A stretch of DNA of 64,000 nt from Thermoanaerobaculia bacterium (GCA_044226625.1 JBGAGQ010000003.1:64001-128000), one strand, 5' to 3'; counted from the stretch's first letter, positions 8,126-17,994 are shown. Notes: generated from the letters alone by a model not told the origin. Numbers and translations are program-made.

Positions 8126-9802
8126 CTACTCTCCGCCGGTTCCGAGCGCCCTCGCGAGACGATCGAGCCCTGAGGCGGCGTCGCCTCCGAGATCGATCCG
8201 CAGCACGGGTCTTCCTCGGCCGAGAAGGGCCTGCCGGTCACCGTCCGCTTGGGCCCGGATCAGCCGGGCGAAGGTGTAGTCGGTCTCCGGCACTGGGACG
8301 GGGTCCGCGGGGCGATCGATCAGTTGAAGGAAGCGGCATATCGGCGGCCCCCCCTTGTGCAGCTGACCGGTCGAATGGAGGAAGCGCGGGCCATAGCCGA
8401 ACGTGGTGGCGAGCCGCGTCCGGTCGCGCAGCCGCGCCTGGACCGAGCGCAGGACCGACGTCGCCGCGGGCGTCGGCGCGAGATAGGCGTGGATGCCCAG
8501 ATAGTTGCCGGCCGAGGCGCCGACGAGGAAACGATCCAGCACGTCGCCGAGATCCGGATAGTCGGCGTTTGCCTCCTCGCCGCCGCCGGACAGCTCCAGC
8601 TCCCCCTTCATCGCCCGGCTGGAGAGGTCTTTGGCCAGCTGGACGTCGGGCTGGTCGAACGGCTGGATGCCGAGGACGGCCCCGGCCGCCGCGACCGCGA
8701 GCTCCCAGCGATACATCTCGGCCGACAGATCGAGCCGATCGCCGAGCACGAACGAGGCGGTGGGATGCCCGGCCGCCGCGAGCCGAACGAGGCGTGAGCG
8801 AACCTCCTCCTCTTCGCCCGAAATCGCCAGGCCTACGAAGAAGCGGTCGTCGCCGTACGCCGCCGGTTCGCCCGGCGCCTCGCCCGCGACCGGCACGATC
8901 CCGTGGCCTTGCTTCCCGGTGCTCTCGGCGATCAACTGCTCCAACCACTCGGGAAACGCGGCGAGACCGGGGGAGGTGAGGAACGTGACCTTGTTGCGAC
9001 CCGCCGCCGCGAGCTCGCCGAGCGCTGCGCCAAGCGCGAGCGCCGGGTTGTCGACCTCCGGCACGTCGGGGCCGCAAGCCGCGGCGAGCGCGGCGGCCCG
9101 GTCGAGTAGGCCGGCGAGGTCGGCGCCGATCGCCGCCGCGGGGGCGAGGCCGAACGGCGTGAGCGCGCTGTACCGGCCGCCTACGTCGGCCGGCGCGTTG
9201 AACAACCAGCGGAAGCCGCGCTCGCGCGCGAGCTTCTCGAGCGACGTCGCGGGATCGGTCACCGCGGCGAAGGCGTTGCCGGTCTCCCCTAGACGCGCCT
9301 TCTCGGCTTCTCCCAGCGCGCCCACCCGGTGCCAGAAGTAACGGAAGAAGCTCATCGTCTCGGTCGTTCCGCCCGATTTCGAGGACACGAGGAAGACCGA
9401 ACGCGCCAGGTCGATCCGCCGCGCGAGGTCGACCACCGCGTCCGGGTGGGTGCTGTCTAGGACCCGCAGCACGGGATAGCCCGCCCGGTTGCCGAAGGTC
9501 TCCTGGAACACTTCGGGCGCGAGGCTCGAGCCACCCATACCGAGCACCAGAGCGTGGCGGAATTCGTCGGCGGCGAGCGTGGCGCCGAACGACTCGAGCT
9601 CGGGCAGACGAGCGCGCATGTCGGCGGCGAGCGTGAGCCACCCCAGACGGTCGACGATCTCCGGGGTGTCGGGAGCAGCCCAGAGCGTGGGGTCTTTCGC
9701 CCACAGGCGGTTGGAAAAGCCATCCGCCCGCCACCGCTCCAACCGCCGGGCGACGGCGGCCGCCCCTTCTCCGAGATCCATCGAGACCCTGGTCGTGCTC
9801 AT
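8126..9802 (-). CDS. pgi: Glucose-6-phosphate isomerase (Tal-Pgi-type PGI domain)
   Basis: GMGGSSL, SSKSGGT.ET, VGGRYSAL, EQLIAESTGK, PFDQPDV and GPRFLHSTGQLHKGG. Confidence 0.9.
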   Translation of the reverse strand: MSTTRVSMDLGEGAAAVARRLERWRADGFSNRLWAKDPTLWAAPDTPEIVDRLGWLTLAADMRARLPELESFGATLAADEFRHALVLGMGGSSLAPEVFQETFGNRAGYPVLRVLDSTHPDAVVDLARRIDLARSVFLVSSKSGGTTETMSFFRYFWHRVGALGEAEKARLGETGNAFAAVTDPATSLEKLARERGFRWLFNAPADVGGRYSALTPFGLAPAAAIGADLAGLLDRAAALAAACGPDVPEVDNPALALGAALGELAAAGRNKVTFLTSPGLAAFPEWLEQLIAESTGKQGHGIVPVAGEAPGEPAAYGDDRFFVGLAISGEEEEVRSRLVRLAAAGHPTASFVLGDRLDLSAEMYRWELAVAAAGAVLGIQPFDQPDVQLAKDLSSRAMKGELELSGGGEEANADYPDLGDVLDRFLVGASAGNYLGIHAYLAPTPAATSVLRSVQARLRDRTRLATTFGYGPRFLHSTGQLHKGGPPICRFLQLIDRPADPVPVPETDYTFARLIRAQADGDRQALLGRGRPVLRIDLGGDAASGLDRLARALGTGGE

Positions 9803-9886
9803 CGAAACCTCCGCTCGTCGGCCATTCGCGAACTCTATCCGAGTCGAGAAACCGCCCGCGAGGCGCGTGCTACGATCCCGCGCGCC

Positions 9887-10279
9887 ATGCGCCGTCCCTC
9901 CGTTCGCGCCGTCGTCGCCTCGTCGCTCGCCCTCGTCTTCGCGGTCACGATCGCGGCTTGCTCCCGGTCAGGACCGGTCGCGAGCTATCCCATGCGGGCA
10001 GAGATCTTGGGCTTGCCGGAAGGTCCCAACGGCGAGCTGCTGCTCCGCCACGAAGCGATCGACGGCTTCGCCGATCGCGACGGCAAGAAGGTGGGAATGG
10101 ATCCGATGTCCATGCCGTTTCCGGTCGCGGAAGGCCTCTCCCTCTCGGGGCTCGCCGTGGGCGACGTCGTCCGCGCGACGCTCGAGGTCGATTGGCAGCA
10201 GCGGTCGCCGGCGAAAATCACCGCGATCGAGAAGCTGCCCGCCGGAACCCAGCTCACGTTCCGCGCGGCGCACCCCTGA
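9887..10279 (+). CDS. Copper-binding lipoprotein, CusF-like OB fold
   Basis: Lipobox IAAC; HEAI...M.PM.MPF...L.VGD.V motif. Confidence 0.75.
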   Translation: MRRPSVRAVVASSLALVFAVTIAACSRSGPVASYPMRAEILGLPEGPNGELLLRHEAIDGFADRDGKKVGMDPMSMPFPVAEGLSLSGLAVGDVVRATLEVDWQQRSPAKITAIEKLPAGTQLTFRAAHP

Positions 10280-10386
10280 CGGGCGCGTCGCACGGACGAG
10301 GGCCGATTTCGGAGTCGGGGAGTCGGGCCCCAACCAACCCTTGACCATGAACGACGAATGAACGGCGATCACCAAGGAGGCACCTC

Positions 10387-10815
10387 ATGCCCGTACGTAG
10401 CGCAAACGCGGTTTGGCAAGGCGGTCTGAAGGACGGTTCGGGGCAACTCGCGCTCGGCAGCGGCGCGTTCGAAGGGCGTTACTCGTTCGGTTCGCGCTTC
10501 GAAGAGGCGGGCGGCACCAATCCCGAGGAGTTGATCGGCGCCGCGCACGCGGGCTGCTTCTCGATGGCGCTCTCGGCGGGCCTCGGCCGTGCGGGCTTCA
10601 CGCCGAAACGAATCGCCACCTCGGCGAAGGTCCATTTCGGCAAAGTTGGAGAAGCGTTCCGCATCACCCGCATCGACCTGGTGACCGAGGCGGAGGTCCC
10701 CGGCATCGACGACGCGGCGTTCCAAGAGCAGGCCCAGGGCGCCAAGGTCGGCTGCCCGATCTCGGCCGCCCTCTCCGCGGTCGAGATCACGCTCGACGCG
10801 AAACTCGTCGGCTGA
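10387..10815 (+). CDS. osmC: OsmC peroxiredoxin
   Basis: A.W.G.LK.G.G, GTNPEELIGAAHAGCFSMAL, CPIS.AL; AAGGAGG RBS. Confidence 0.95.
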   Translation: MPVRSANAVWQGGLKDGSGQLALGSGAFEGRYSFGSRFEEAGGTNPEELIGAAHAGCFSMALSAGLGRAGFTPKRIATSAKVHFGKVGEAFRITRIDLVTEAEVPGIDDAAFQEQAQGAKVGCPISAALSAVEITLDAKLVG

Positions 10816-10823
10816 AGCGTCCC

Positions 10824-10851
10824 CGCGCCGCCTCCGAATCGGGGCGGCGCG
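10824..10851. terminator. GC-rich hairpin between convergent osmC and HMG-CoA synthase genes
   Basis: CGCGCCGCC...GGCGGCGCG stem; weak U-tract. Confidence 0.45.
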
Positions 10852-10886
10852 CCCCCCTCTTCACCTCGACCTTCTCGACGAGTTTC

Positions 10887-12068
10887 CTACGAGCGGCCTT
10901 GCCGCAAGCGCGCGTACTCCCCGCCGTCGATCTCGCGCCGGGCGGCGAGGTCACGCTCGACGTCTTCCGCCCAGGCGCCCGCAAACGCCGCCTCGCCCGC
11001 GGCGAGCACGAGCAGCTCGGTGCCGAAACCGGAGCCGTACGAAAACGCCGTGATCCGCTCTCCCGGCGCCCGCCCGGCGAGCGCCTGGGCGACCGAGAGC
11101 CAGAGGCTCGCGGTATAGGAGTTCCCGACCCTGACGTTCCAGCCCATCGACGGCACCACGCGCTCGCGGTAGAGGGTCTCGATCCGCTCCGGCGCCCAAC
11201 CGAACGCCTCGCCGACCGCGACGACCGCCTTCTTCACCATCTTCGGGAACGGAACGTGGAAGCACAACGCCCGAAACGGCGCGAGGACCTCCTCGGGATC
11301 GCCCCCGGCGACAAGCGCCTCGAAACAGCGGACGGCGCCTCGCTTGTAGCACTCCAGGCTCAGCGGACCGTCGACGCGCGGGTGAGCTTCGCCGACCGGA
11401 CGCCAGAAGTCGAACACGGGCTCGCTCCAGGGGTAGCTAACCCGATCGACCGCGGCCACCGAGGGCCCGTCGATCACGAAGGCGACGGCACCGGCCCCTT
11501 GCGTCGGCTCGCCCGGATCCCCCTCCGCGTAGAGCGCGACGTCGGCGGCGATCACCAGCGCAGCGCGCGGCTCGTTCGACCCGGCCGCGCCGAATCGATC
11601 CAAGCCGGCCGCGCCGAATTGATCCAACCCGGCTGCGCCGGACCAGCGCCATTCCAGCGCTTGGCGTAGTGCGAGCGTTCCGCCGTAGCAGGCGTGCTTG
11701 ACCTCGTAGGAGCGCACGGCTCCAGAGAGGCCCAGCCGATCCGCTACCCAGGCGGAGAGCGGCCGGCTCATGTCGAGCGCCGACTCGGTTCCGACCGCGA
11801 GCAAACCGATTCGCCGCGGATCGCCTCCCCACCGGGCGAGGGCCCTCCGTCCGGCCTCGACCGCTAGGTCGACCACGCCGAACCCGGCCGGACACAGCGC
11901 CATCTCGCCGCAGCCGAGGCCGAGAGTCAGCTTCTCGGCTTCGACGCCGCGGAGCTTCGCGAGCTCCGCCATCTTCATCGCGAGCGGCGGCAGCGAGATG
12001 CCCACCGCGGCGATCCCCGCGGCCGGTCGTTCCATTCCTGCCGAACCCATGCCTGTCGAAGAAGCCAT
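10887..12068 (-). CDS. mvaS: Hydroxymethylglutaryl-CoA synthase family protein
   Basis: GTESA (Glu), EVKHACYGGT (Cys), GEPTQGAGA, DFWRP, FHVPF (His), GNSYTAS, SYGSG; start may be 12035 or 12050. Confidence 0.85.
   Translation of the reverse strand: MASSTGMGSAGMERPAAGIAAVGISLPPLAMKMAELAKLRGVEAEKLTLGLGCGEMALCPAGFGVVDLAVEAGRRALARWGGDPRRIGLLAVGTESALDMSRPLSAWVADRLGLSGAVRSYEVKHACYGGTLALRQALEWRWSGAAGLDQFGAAGLDRFGAAGSNEPRAALVIAADVALYAEGDPGEPTQGAGAVAFVIDGPSVAAVDRVSYPWSEPVFDFWRPVGEAHPRVDGPLSLECYKRGAVRCFEALVAGGDPEEVLAPFRALCFHVPFPKMVKKAVVAVGEAFGWAPERIETLYRERVVPSMGWNVRVGNSYTASLWLSVAQALAGRAPGERITAFSYGSGFGTELLVLAAGEAAFAGAWAEDVERDLAARREIDGGEYARLRQGRS
11581..11640. repeat. 24-bp in-frame tandem repeat (2.5 copies) encoding GAAGLD(Q/R)F
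   Basis: CCGGCCGCGCCGAATCGATCCAAG / CCGGCCGCGCCGAATTGATCCAAC / CCGGCTGCGCCG. Confidence 0.85.
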
Positions 12069-12085
12069 CGGCGACGACCGACCGG

Positions 12086-12943
12086 CTACTTCTTCGCGTG
12101 GTCGTAGAAGCCGCGGCCGCTCTTCTTGCCGAGGCGCCCGGCGAGCACCATCTGCTTGAGCAGCGGCGGCGGCGCGAAGCGCTTCTCGCGGTACTCCTCG
12201 AACATGATGTCGGCGATGTAGAGCGTCGTGTCGAGGCCGACGAAGTCGAGCAGCGTGAAAGGCCCCATCGGGTAGCCGCAGCCGAGCTGCATCCCCTTGT
12301 CGATGTCCTCGATCGAGCCTACGCCTTCCTCGAGCGCGCGGATCGCGTCGAGCAAATAGGGGACGAGCAGGCGATTGACGATGAAGCCCGAATTGTCGCG
12401 CGCCGCGATCGGCTCCTTGCCCACCGTCCGCGCGAAGGCGAACGCCGTGTCGAACGCCTCGTCCGAGGTGACGATCGTCCGCACCACCTCGACCAGCTTC
12501 ATCACCGGCACCGGGTTGAAGAAATGGAGACCGACGAAGCGATCCGGCCGCTTCGTGCTCATCGCGAGCTGGGTGATGGTGAGCGACGAGGTGTTCGAGG
12601 CAAAGATCGCCTCCGGCTTGACGATCTCGTCGAGGGCCGCGAACGTCTTCTTCTTCTCTTCGACGTTCTCGACGATCGCCTCGATCACCAGGTCGCAATC
12701 GGAGAGATCCGAGAATTCGAGGGTCCCACTCAGATTCGCGAACGCCGCGTCGCGCGCCGCGGCGTCGAGCTTGCCCTTCTCCACCGCCTTGTCGAGCGAC
12801 CCTTTGATCCGCCCGAGCCCCTTGTCCAGGAAGCCCTGGTTCACCTCCCGCACTACCGTCGCGAGCCCCGCCTTCGCCGCAATCTCGGCGATTCCGGCGC
12901 CCATCAGGCCGCAGCCGAGGACGCCCACCTTCTGAATGGCCAT
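12086..12943 (-). CDS. hbd: 3-hydroxybutyryl-CoA dehydrogenase
   Basis: GCGLMGAGIA Rossmann motif, IEAIVE, ASNTSSL, GLHFFNPVPVMKLVE, GFIVNR, PMGPF.L.D.VGLD. Confidence 0.93.
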   Translation of the reverse strand: MAIQKVGVLGCGLMGAGIAEIAAKAGLATVVREVNQGFLDKGLGRIKGSLDKAVEKGKLDAAARDAAFANLSGTLEFSDLSDCDLVIEAIVENVEEKKKTFAALDEIVKPEAIFASNTSSLTITQLAMSTKRPDRFVGLHFFNPVPVMKLVEVVRTIVTSDEAFDTAFAFARTVGKEPIAARDNSGFIVNRLLVPYLLDAIRALEEGVGSIEDIDKGMQLGCGYPMGPFTLLDFVGLDTTLYIADIMFEEYREKRFAPPPLLKQMVLAGRLGKKSGRGFYDHAKK

Positions 12944-13042
12944 GTTCGATCTCCGGGAAAACCCGGGCGTCGCCCGGGGCGAGCGGACTTTACCCGCTCG
13001 ATACCGGGCGACGCCAGGGCCAGCCGGCGCGGATCGAGGACT

Positions 13043-14800
13043 TCAGGGGTGATCCTCCTCCGGCGCCGTCGCCGCGGACTTCGGATATCCCGCGCGATCC
13101 GAGACCGCCCACATCGAGTCGACCAGGGCAAGACCGTTGAAGATCTTGTTGCTCCCTTGGAACGTCTCCAGGGCGTTCGGATTCGCCGGGCTCGCCTGGA
13201 GGTAGGAAGACGAACGGCCGCGGTCGGGCTTGGTGTCCGGGGTATCAGGCGGCCAGGCCGCGCGGGAATGGCAGTTCATACAGTTCGTGGTGATCGGGTG
13301 CGACGCCGCGAGCTCGATATACGGGTTGTAGGCGACCGGCCAGGCCCGGCCCACGGTTCCCGGCGGCACGTAGTAGTTGGTGCTCCCCTGCTGCTGCGTG
13401 GTGCCGTACGTGGTCGTGATCATGTAGTTCTTGTAGATCTGATCGCCGCCGGGCACCGAATTCGGCCGATGGCCGCAGTATCGGTTGCTCGCCGGGTTGC
13501 TGCAGGCGAGGGCGTCCGGGTGCCACCAGGCCGACTGGAAGGTCCAGGCCGACTGCGGCTCCTTGGTCATCACATGCATCGCGACCAGCGCCAGAGAGTC
13601 CCCCGCCTGGAACGCCCGGTTGTAGGCCCAGTAAGCGGAGGCGTCGAGAATGGCCCGGTCGCAGGTCGAGAGCGCCCCGAGGTCCGTCGACGTGTACTTC
13701 TTGCTGTAGAAGCGGTCGAGCGTCACACGCTCCGCGGAATCGTAGGTGTTCGGACCGAGCGGCTTGCCGTTCGGGTCGAGAACGCCGTAGAGGAACTGCA
13801 CCCGCTTCTGCTCGGCGGGTCCCGGCGGGCCGCTGGAGATGGCGACCGCGCGGGTCCAGAACTTCTGCATCTCGTAGCCGGCGTACTGTCCGTCGGCCGG
13901 CGAGCCCGGCGGGTTCTTCTCCCAATCCCAGATCGGCAGAGCGGTGACGGAGGTCCATGTCGGGCCGCCTCCCGAGACCGGCCAGAGCATCACCTTGAGC
14001 ACGATCGAGGTCGACGGAAACGGCTGGATGCTCGTCGAGGGGCTGGTCTTCCCGGGTAGCAAGGCGTCGAGCTTCGAGGCGTCCGCGAGCCCCTTCATCT
14101 GGATGTTGCTCAGCGCCGCTTGGTTGTAGCTGACAGCGGCGACCATGATGTCGCCGTTGCTCTCGAAGTTCACGCCGTCCTTGAGCGCGTAGAGCGGCGG
14201 GTTGGTCTTCGGGATCGGCTGCAGGCAGGGCTTGTAGGCCGGATTCTTGACGATCGCTGGATTGACGCCGTAGATCGGCGGCGGGAAGTTGATCGCGCCG
14301 GCCCCACCCACCTGGGCGTTCGCGACGTTCTTGGCGTTGAGCGTCACCGGTCGAAAGACCTCCGGAGCCGCGGGCGAGTCGTCGGTCGAGCCGGAGGCCG
14401 AGTAGGCGGCCGACGGTTTCCACGGGTTGTACTGATATGGGAAGGCCTGGGTCGAGGTCCCGAAGGTTCGCCAGGTCGGATCCTTCGACGCGTTGGCCGG
14501 CTGGTTCAGTCCGGCGAACACGCAGAACGCGTGAAAGCGCACGCGAGGGCCCTGGCCCGGCGTTACCCACGATTGGATCTTGGAGGAGGGCTGCGGATAG
14601 TCGAATCCGGCGGGAAACTGCGTCGCCGGGGGCGGCGTTCCGAGATTCTCGCACGCGGCGGGATCGGCCACCCGCTCGGCTTTGACGACCCGGGTGGGAG
14701 GTGTTTCCTCGGCCGAAGGGGGCGGCGCCGGTTTCGGCGCGCAGGCGACGAAGGCGAGGAGGGTCGAGGCCACGGAGAAAGAGCGAAGGACGGTTCGCAT
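13043..14800 (-). CDS. Uncharacterised lipoprotein with C-terminal CxxCH heme-binding motif (putative c-type cytochrome)
   Basis: Lipobox FVAC; TNCMNCH near the C-terminus; GGAGG RBS; coding-like third-position GC bias on the minus strand. Confidence 0.65.
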   Translation of the reverse strand: MRTVLRSFSVASTLLAFVACAPKPAPPPSAEETPPTRVVKAERVADPAACENLGTPPPATQFPAGFDYPQPSSKIQSWVTPGQGPRVRFHAFCVFAGLNQPANASKDPTWRTFGTSTQAFPYQYNPWKPSAAYSASGSTDDSPAAPEVFRPVTLNAKNVANAQVGGAGAINFPPPIYGVNPAIVKNPAYKPCLQPIPKTNPPLYALKDGVNFESNGDIMVAAVSYNQAALSNIQMKGLADASKLDALLPGKTSPSTSIQPFPSTSIVLKVMLWPVSGGGPTWTSVTALPIWDWEKNPPGSPADGQYAGYEMQKFWTRAVAISSGPPGPAEQKRVQFLYGVLDPNGKPLGPNTYDSAERVTLDRFYSKKYTSTDLGALSTCDRAILDASAYWAYNRAFQAGDSLALVAMHVMTKEPQSAWTFQSAWWHPDALACSNPASNRYCGHRPNSVPGGDQIYKNYMITTTYGTTQQQGSTNYYVPPGTVGRAWPVAYNPYIELAASHPITTNCMNCHSRAAWPPDTPDTKPDRGRSSSYLQASPANPNALETFQGSNKIFNGLALVDSMWAVSDRAGYPKSAATAPEEDHP

Positions 14801-14990
14801 TTCCTACCTCCCTGTGATTGTTTGACCGAGGATAGCCTAACCCGCTGGAAGATGCGCATGCGACGACCGCGCGACGATCCGTCGATCGCGTCACTCTCCA
14901 CCAGAGCTCGGGCACACGAAAGGTAGAGCCTCCGCCGTCCTTTCGGACGCCCCACCGAACCTCTGTCCGTCCCACCGGGAGAACCCTTCG

Positions 14991-17333
14991 ATGCCCGACT
15001 CCGCCCAACCTTTGCGCCGCCGTCTTCCATCTCCTCGCTTCGCTGTGGCGGTCGCTTGCCTGCTGAGCGCGCTCACCGTCGGGCCGCTCCGCGCCTACGA
15101 CGACTGCGATTCGAAGTTCATCGCCTACCTCGGCGCCGACGCGTACCAGTTCTCGCCCGCGCACTCGGGCGAGCTCGGCCGCGTGCGGCTCTTCTCGGTG
15201 CTCTCGAATCAGCGCGCCGCGGCGTTCGGCGACTACGGCACCGCATACTGGCGCCTGGAGATCCGCGACGAGCTCGGACGGGTGGTGCGCGCGGCCGACG
15301 GCGCCGCGAAGATCGATCCGAGCGGCCAAGCCCTCGCCGAGTTCTTCTGGAACGGCCGCGACGACTCGGGGCGCCAGGTGGCGCCCGGGCGTTATGCCTT
15401 CTCTTTCCTCGGACGCTTCCTCGCCGATCGCGAGCGAGGCAAGATCGCGCGGCCGATTTCGTCCTATTCCGAGCTCGCCGGCGTGGGGATCGAGAACGAA
15501 GCCTACGCTTCGACCGACTACGTGATCGTCAACGACCAGCTGGAAGAGAAGGACGCCGCCTCGCTTCGCCAAAGCCTCGCCGCGGGCGCCTGCCAGATGC
15601 GCCAGAACACTCCGATCGAGGCGGGTTTTGGCTACAACTACTACTACGGCTCGACCCACAGCCATTCGAATTGGTCGGACGGCGGCCAGCCGACGACCGC
15701 CTGCTCGTCCGGCAACGGGTACGGCAGCGGCACGTTCACTCCCGCGCAGGTCTACGACTTCGCGCGCAACTCGGCCGGCCTCGACTACTGGGTGATCAAC
15801 GAGCACAACCATCTGATCAACGATGCGCTCGCGACGAACGCCCCGCCGGTCACCGAGGCGAAGGTCAAACAGCGCTACGCGGACGGCAGGGCCGCGGCGG
15901 TCACGGCCACCGTCAACGACGTCTTCGTCGCCCTCTACGGCATGGAATGGGGCGTGACCACGAACGCCGATCAGGGGCACGTCACGCTGCTCGAGACGCC
16001 GAAGCTGTTCGGCTGGGAGACCTGCTCGACCTGCAACGGTCCGAACGCGGAGTGCACCGTCGGTAGCAACTGCTATTTCGACATCTTCACACCGAAGCGC
16101 TTCGGCTACCTGACGATGTACAAACGCTCGGTCGAGAACCCCTCGCCGGCCGGCGCCCTGGGGATCTTCTGCCATCCCGGAACGGGCGAGTTCGACAACT
16201 TTGCCTTCAACGCCGACGCCGATCAGGCGATGCAAGGGATCGCGGTCCGGTCGGGGCTGGCGTTCGCCACCGCGACGAACTGCGCCGATGCGAACGTCGC
16301 GTCGACCGACTACAGCGCGCGCTGGCGGGAGGCGCTGAACAAGGGATTCCACCTCGGACCCGTCGCGGACCACGACGCCCACTGCAACAACTACGGCGTC
16401 GGCCTTCCGAACCGGACGGTCTACCTGCTGCCGAACGGCACCGCCCCGGTGCTCACCCGCCTCGCGATGCTCCAGGCGCACAAGGCGCGGCATTTCTACG
16501 CCACCGAGGATTCGAACGCCCAGCTGGTCTTCGCGACCGCCGATTCCAGCCACGTGATGGGCGACATCTGGAACGCCGCCGGCGGCGCGAGCTTGCGCGC
16601 CGCGGTCTACGACCCGGACAACGAGGGCGTTTCAACGCTCGAGATCTGGCGCGGACAGATCGGCGGCGGAGTTCCCGCCTCGGCCTATCGAACGGTCTCG
16701 AACACCTCGACGATCAGCCTGACCGAGAATCTGAGCTCGGGGACCTATTACTACTACGTTCACGCCGTCCAGGCCGACGGGCACGACCTCTGGTCCTCAC
16801 CGATGTGGATTTCCTACGGAGCGGGTGGCTGCACCTCCGGCTGCACGCTCGATCTTTCCGGTTGGCACCTGGTCCAGGCGAACTCGGCCGCGACGTTCAC
16901 GCTTCCGGCCGGCTCGACGATCGCGAAGAACGGCTATCTGATCGTCGCCCGCGACGCCACCAAGTCGGCGTTCGAAACGTTCTGGCGCGGCGGCGCGGCG
17001 CTTCCCGCCGGCGTCACCTACGTCAACTCGGCCGGCGTCCTGCCGCTGATCAACGGCTCGGAAACCTATCGCCTCACGAACGTCGCCGGCACCACGATCG
17101 ACGGCACGACGGTCGCCATGCCGGCGAGCGCGAACAGCACGCTGATGCGAAAGGATCCCTGCCTCGCGGCGAACCTCGCCTCGAGCTGGACGACGGCCTC
17201 CGCTAGCAGCGCTACGCCCGGCACCGGAGCTGCCGCCGGCTGCGCCAAGGGGATGGTGATCAACGAGTTCGCCGACGCGCTCGGCACCAACAACTTCGTC
17301 TACGAGTACGTCGAGCTTCACTGGGATCAATAG
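14991..17333 (+). CDS. Secreted PHP-fold metallohydrolase (CehA/McbA-like) with FlgD-Ig-like and lamin-tail domains
   Basis: Signal peptide; FWNGRDDSGRQVAPGRY (FlgD Ig); YGSTHSHS..SDG, EHNH, G.EW, HP and DHDAH (PHP); DLSGW...FTLP..I...GYL (LTD). Confidence 0.78.
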   Translation: MPDSAQPLRRRLPSPRFAVAVACLLSALTVGPLRAYDDCDSKFIAYLGADAYQFSPAHSGELGRVRLFSVLSNQRAAAFGDYGTAYWRLEIRDELGRVVRAADGAAKIDPSGQALAEFFWNGRDDSGRQVAPGRYAFSFLGRFLADRERGKIARPISSYSELAGVGIENEAYASTDYVIVNDQLEEKDAASLRQSLAAGACQMRQNTPIEAGFGYNYYYGSTHSHSNWSDGGQPTTACSSGNGYGSGTFTPAQVYDFARNSAGLDYWVINEHNHLINDALATNAPPVTEAKVKQRYADGRAAAVTATVNDVFVALYGMEWGVTTNADQGHVTLLETPKLFGWETCSTCNGPNAECTVGSNCYFDIFTPKRFGYLTMYKRSVENPSPAGALGIFCHPGTGEFDNFAFNADADQAMQGIAVRSGLAFATATNCADANVASTDYSARWREALNKGFHLGPVADHDAHCNNYGVGLPNRTVYLLPNGTAPVLTRLAMLQAHKARHFYATEDSNAQLVFATADSSHVMGDIWNAAGGASLRAAVYDPDNEGVSTLEIWRGQIGGGVPASAYRTVSNTSTISLTENLSSGTYYYYVHAVQADGHDLWSSPMWISYGAGGCTSGCTLDLSGWHLVQANSAATFTLPAGSTIAKNGYLIVARDATKSAFETFWRGGAALPAGVTYVNSAGVLPLINGSETYRLTNVAGTTIDGTTVAMPASANSTLMRKDPCLAANLASSWTTASASSATPGTGAAAGCAKGMVINEFADALGTNNFVYEYVELHWDQ

Positions 17334-17342
17334 GCCGAAGCC

Positions 17343-17368
17343 GGGGCGGCGAAACGTCTCGCCGCCCC
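17343..17368. terminator. Hairpin between convergent genes
   Basis: GGGGCGGCGA-AACGTC-TCGCCGCCCC perfect 10-bp stem. Confidence 0.6.
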
Positions 17369-17382
17369 AGGTGCAGGAAGCG

Positions 17383-17994
17383 CTACTTGGTGAAGTCGAC
17401 CTTGGGGGCCGTCTCCGCGCCGGGGGCGGCGGTGAAGTAGGGCCTCGGGGGGAAGTTCCAGCCGAGGATGCCGATGAAAAGGCTCGCCGGGAATTGCTTG
17501 ACGCGGGTGTTGTAGATCTGCGCCTTCTCGTTGAACCGGTTGCGCTCGACGTTGATCCGGTTCTCGCTCCCCTCGATCGAGGCCATCAGGTTCGTGAAGG
17601 CTTCCGTCGAGCGGAGCTGCGGGTACTGCTCGACCACCACCATCAAGCGGGAGAGAGCCGAGGAGAGCCCGTCCTGCGCCTGCTGGAACTGCTGGAACTT
17701 CGCCGGGTCGTTGAGAATCTCGTTCGTCGCCTGGGCCGAGATCTGGCCGACGCGGCTGCGCGCCTCGACCACTTTCGTCAGGGTGTCCTGCTCGAACTGC
17801 GCCGAGCCCTTGACCGTCGCCACGAGGTTGGGAATCAAGTCCGACCGCCGCTGATAGGCGCCCTGAACTTGCGCCCACTGCGTGTCGACGTTTTGCTGCA
17901 GGTCGACCAGGCCGTTGTACTGGCTCACGCTCCACACGGCGCCGAGGCCGAGGACGACCAAAATCGCGATGATGACGCAACCGACCTTACTCAT
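17383..17994 (-). CDS. lemA: LemA family protein
   Basis: N-terminal TM, YQRR.DLIPNLV.TVKG, E.YPQL, EGSENRI.V.R..FN, FP. Confidence 0.93.
   Translation of the reverse strand: MSKVGCVIIAILVVLGLGAVWSVSQYNGLVDLQQNVDTQWAQVQGAYQRRSDLIPNLVATVKGSAQFEQDTLTKVVEARSRVGQISAQATNEILNDPAKFQQFQQAQDGLSSALSRLMVVVEQYPQLRSTEAFTNLMASIEGSENRINVERNRFNEKAQIYNTRVKQFPASLFIGILGWNFPPRPYFTAAPGAETAPKVDFTK

Noticed and set aside
13245-16553. 1102-aa minus-strand ORF and other long ORFs (e.g. 6784-8979, 12098-14059, 38666-40603, 40820-43324)
   Set aside because: Shadow or alternate-frame ORFs typical of high-GC DNA; Arg/Pro/Gly-rich and overlapping well-supported genes.
1055-17994. Magnetosome gene cluster (MamK-like + TPR as MamA + LemA as MamQ)
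   Set aside because: The TPR protein is much larger than MamA and has a Zn finger; LemA is a generic, distant copy; no mamB/M/E/O/P/I genes are seen.
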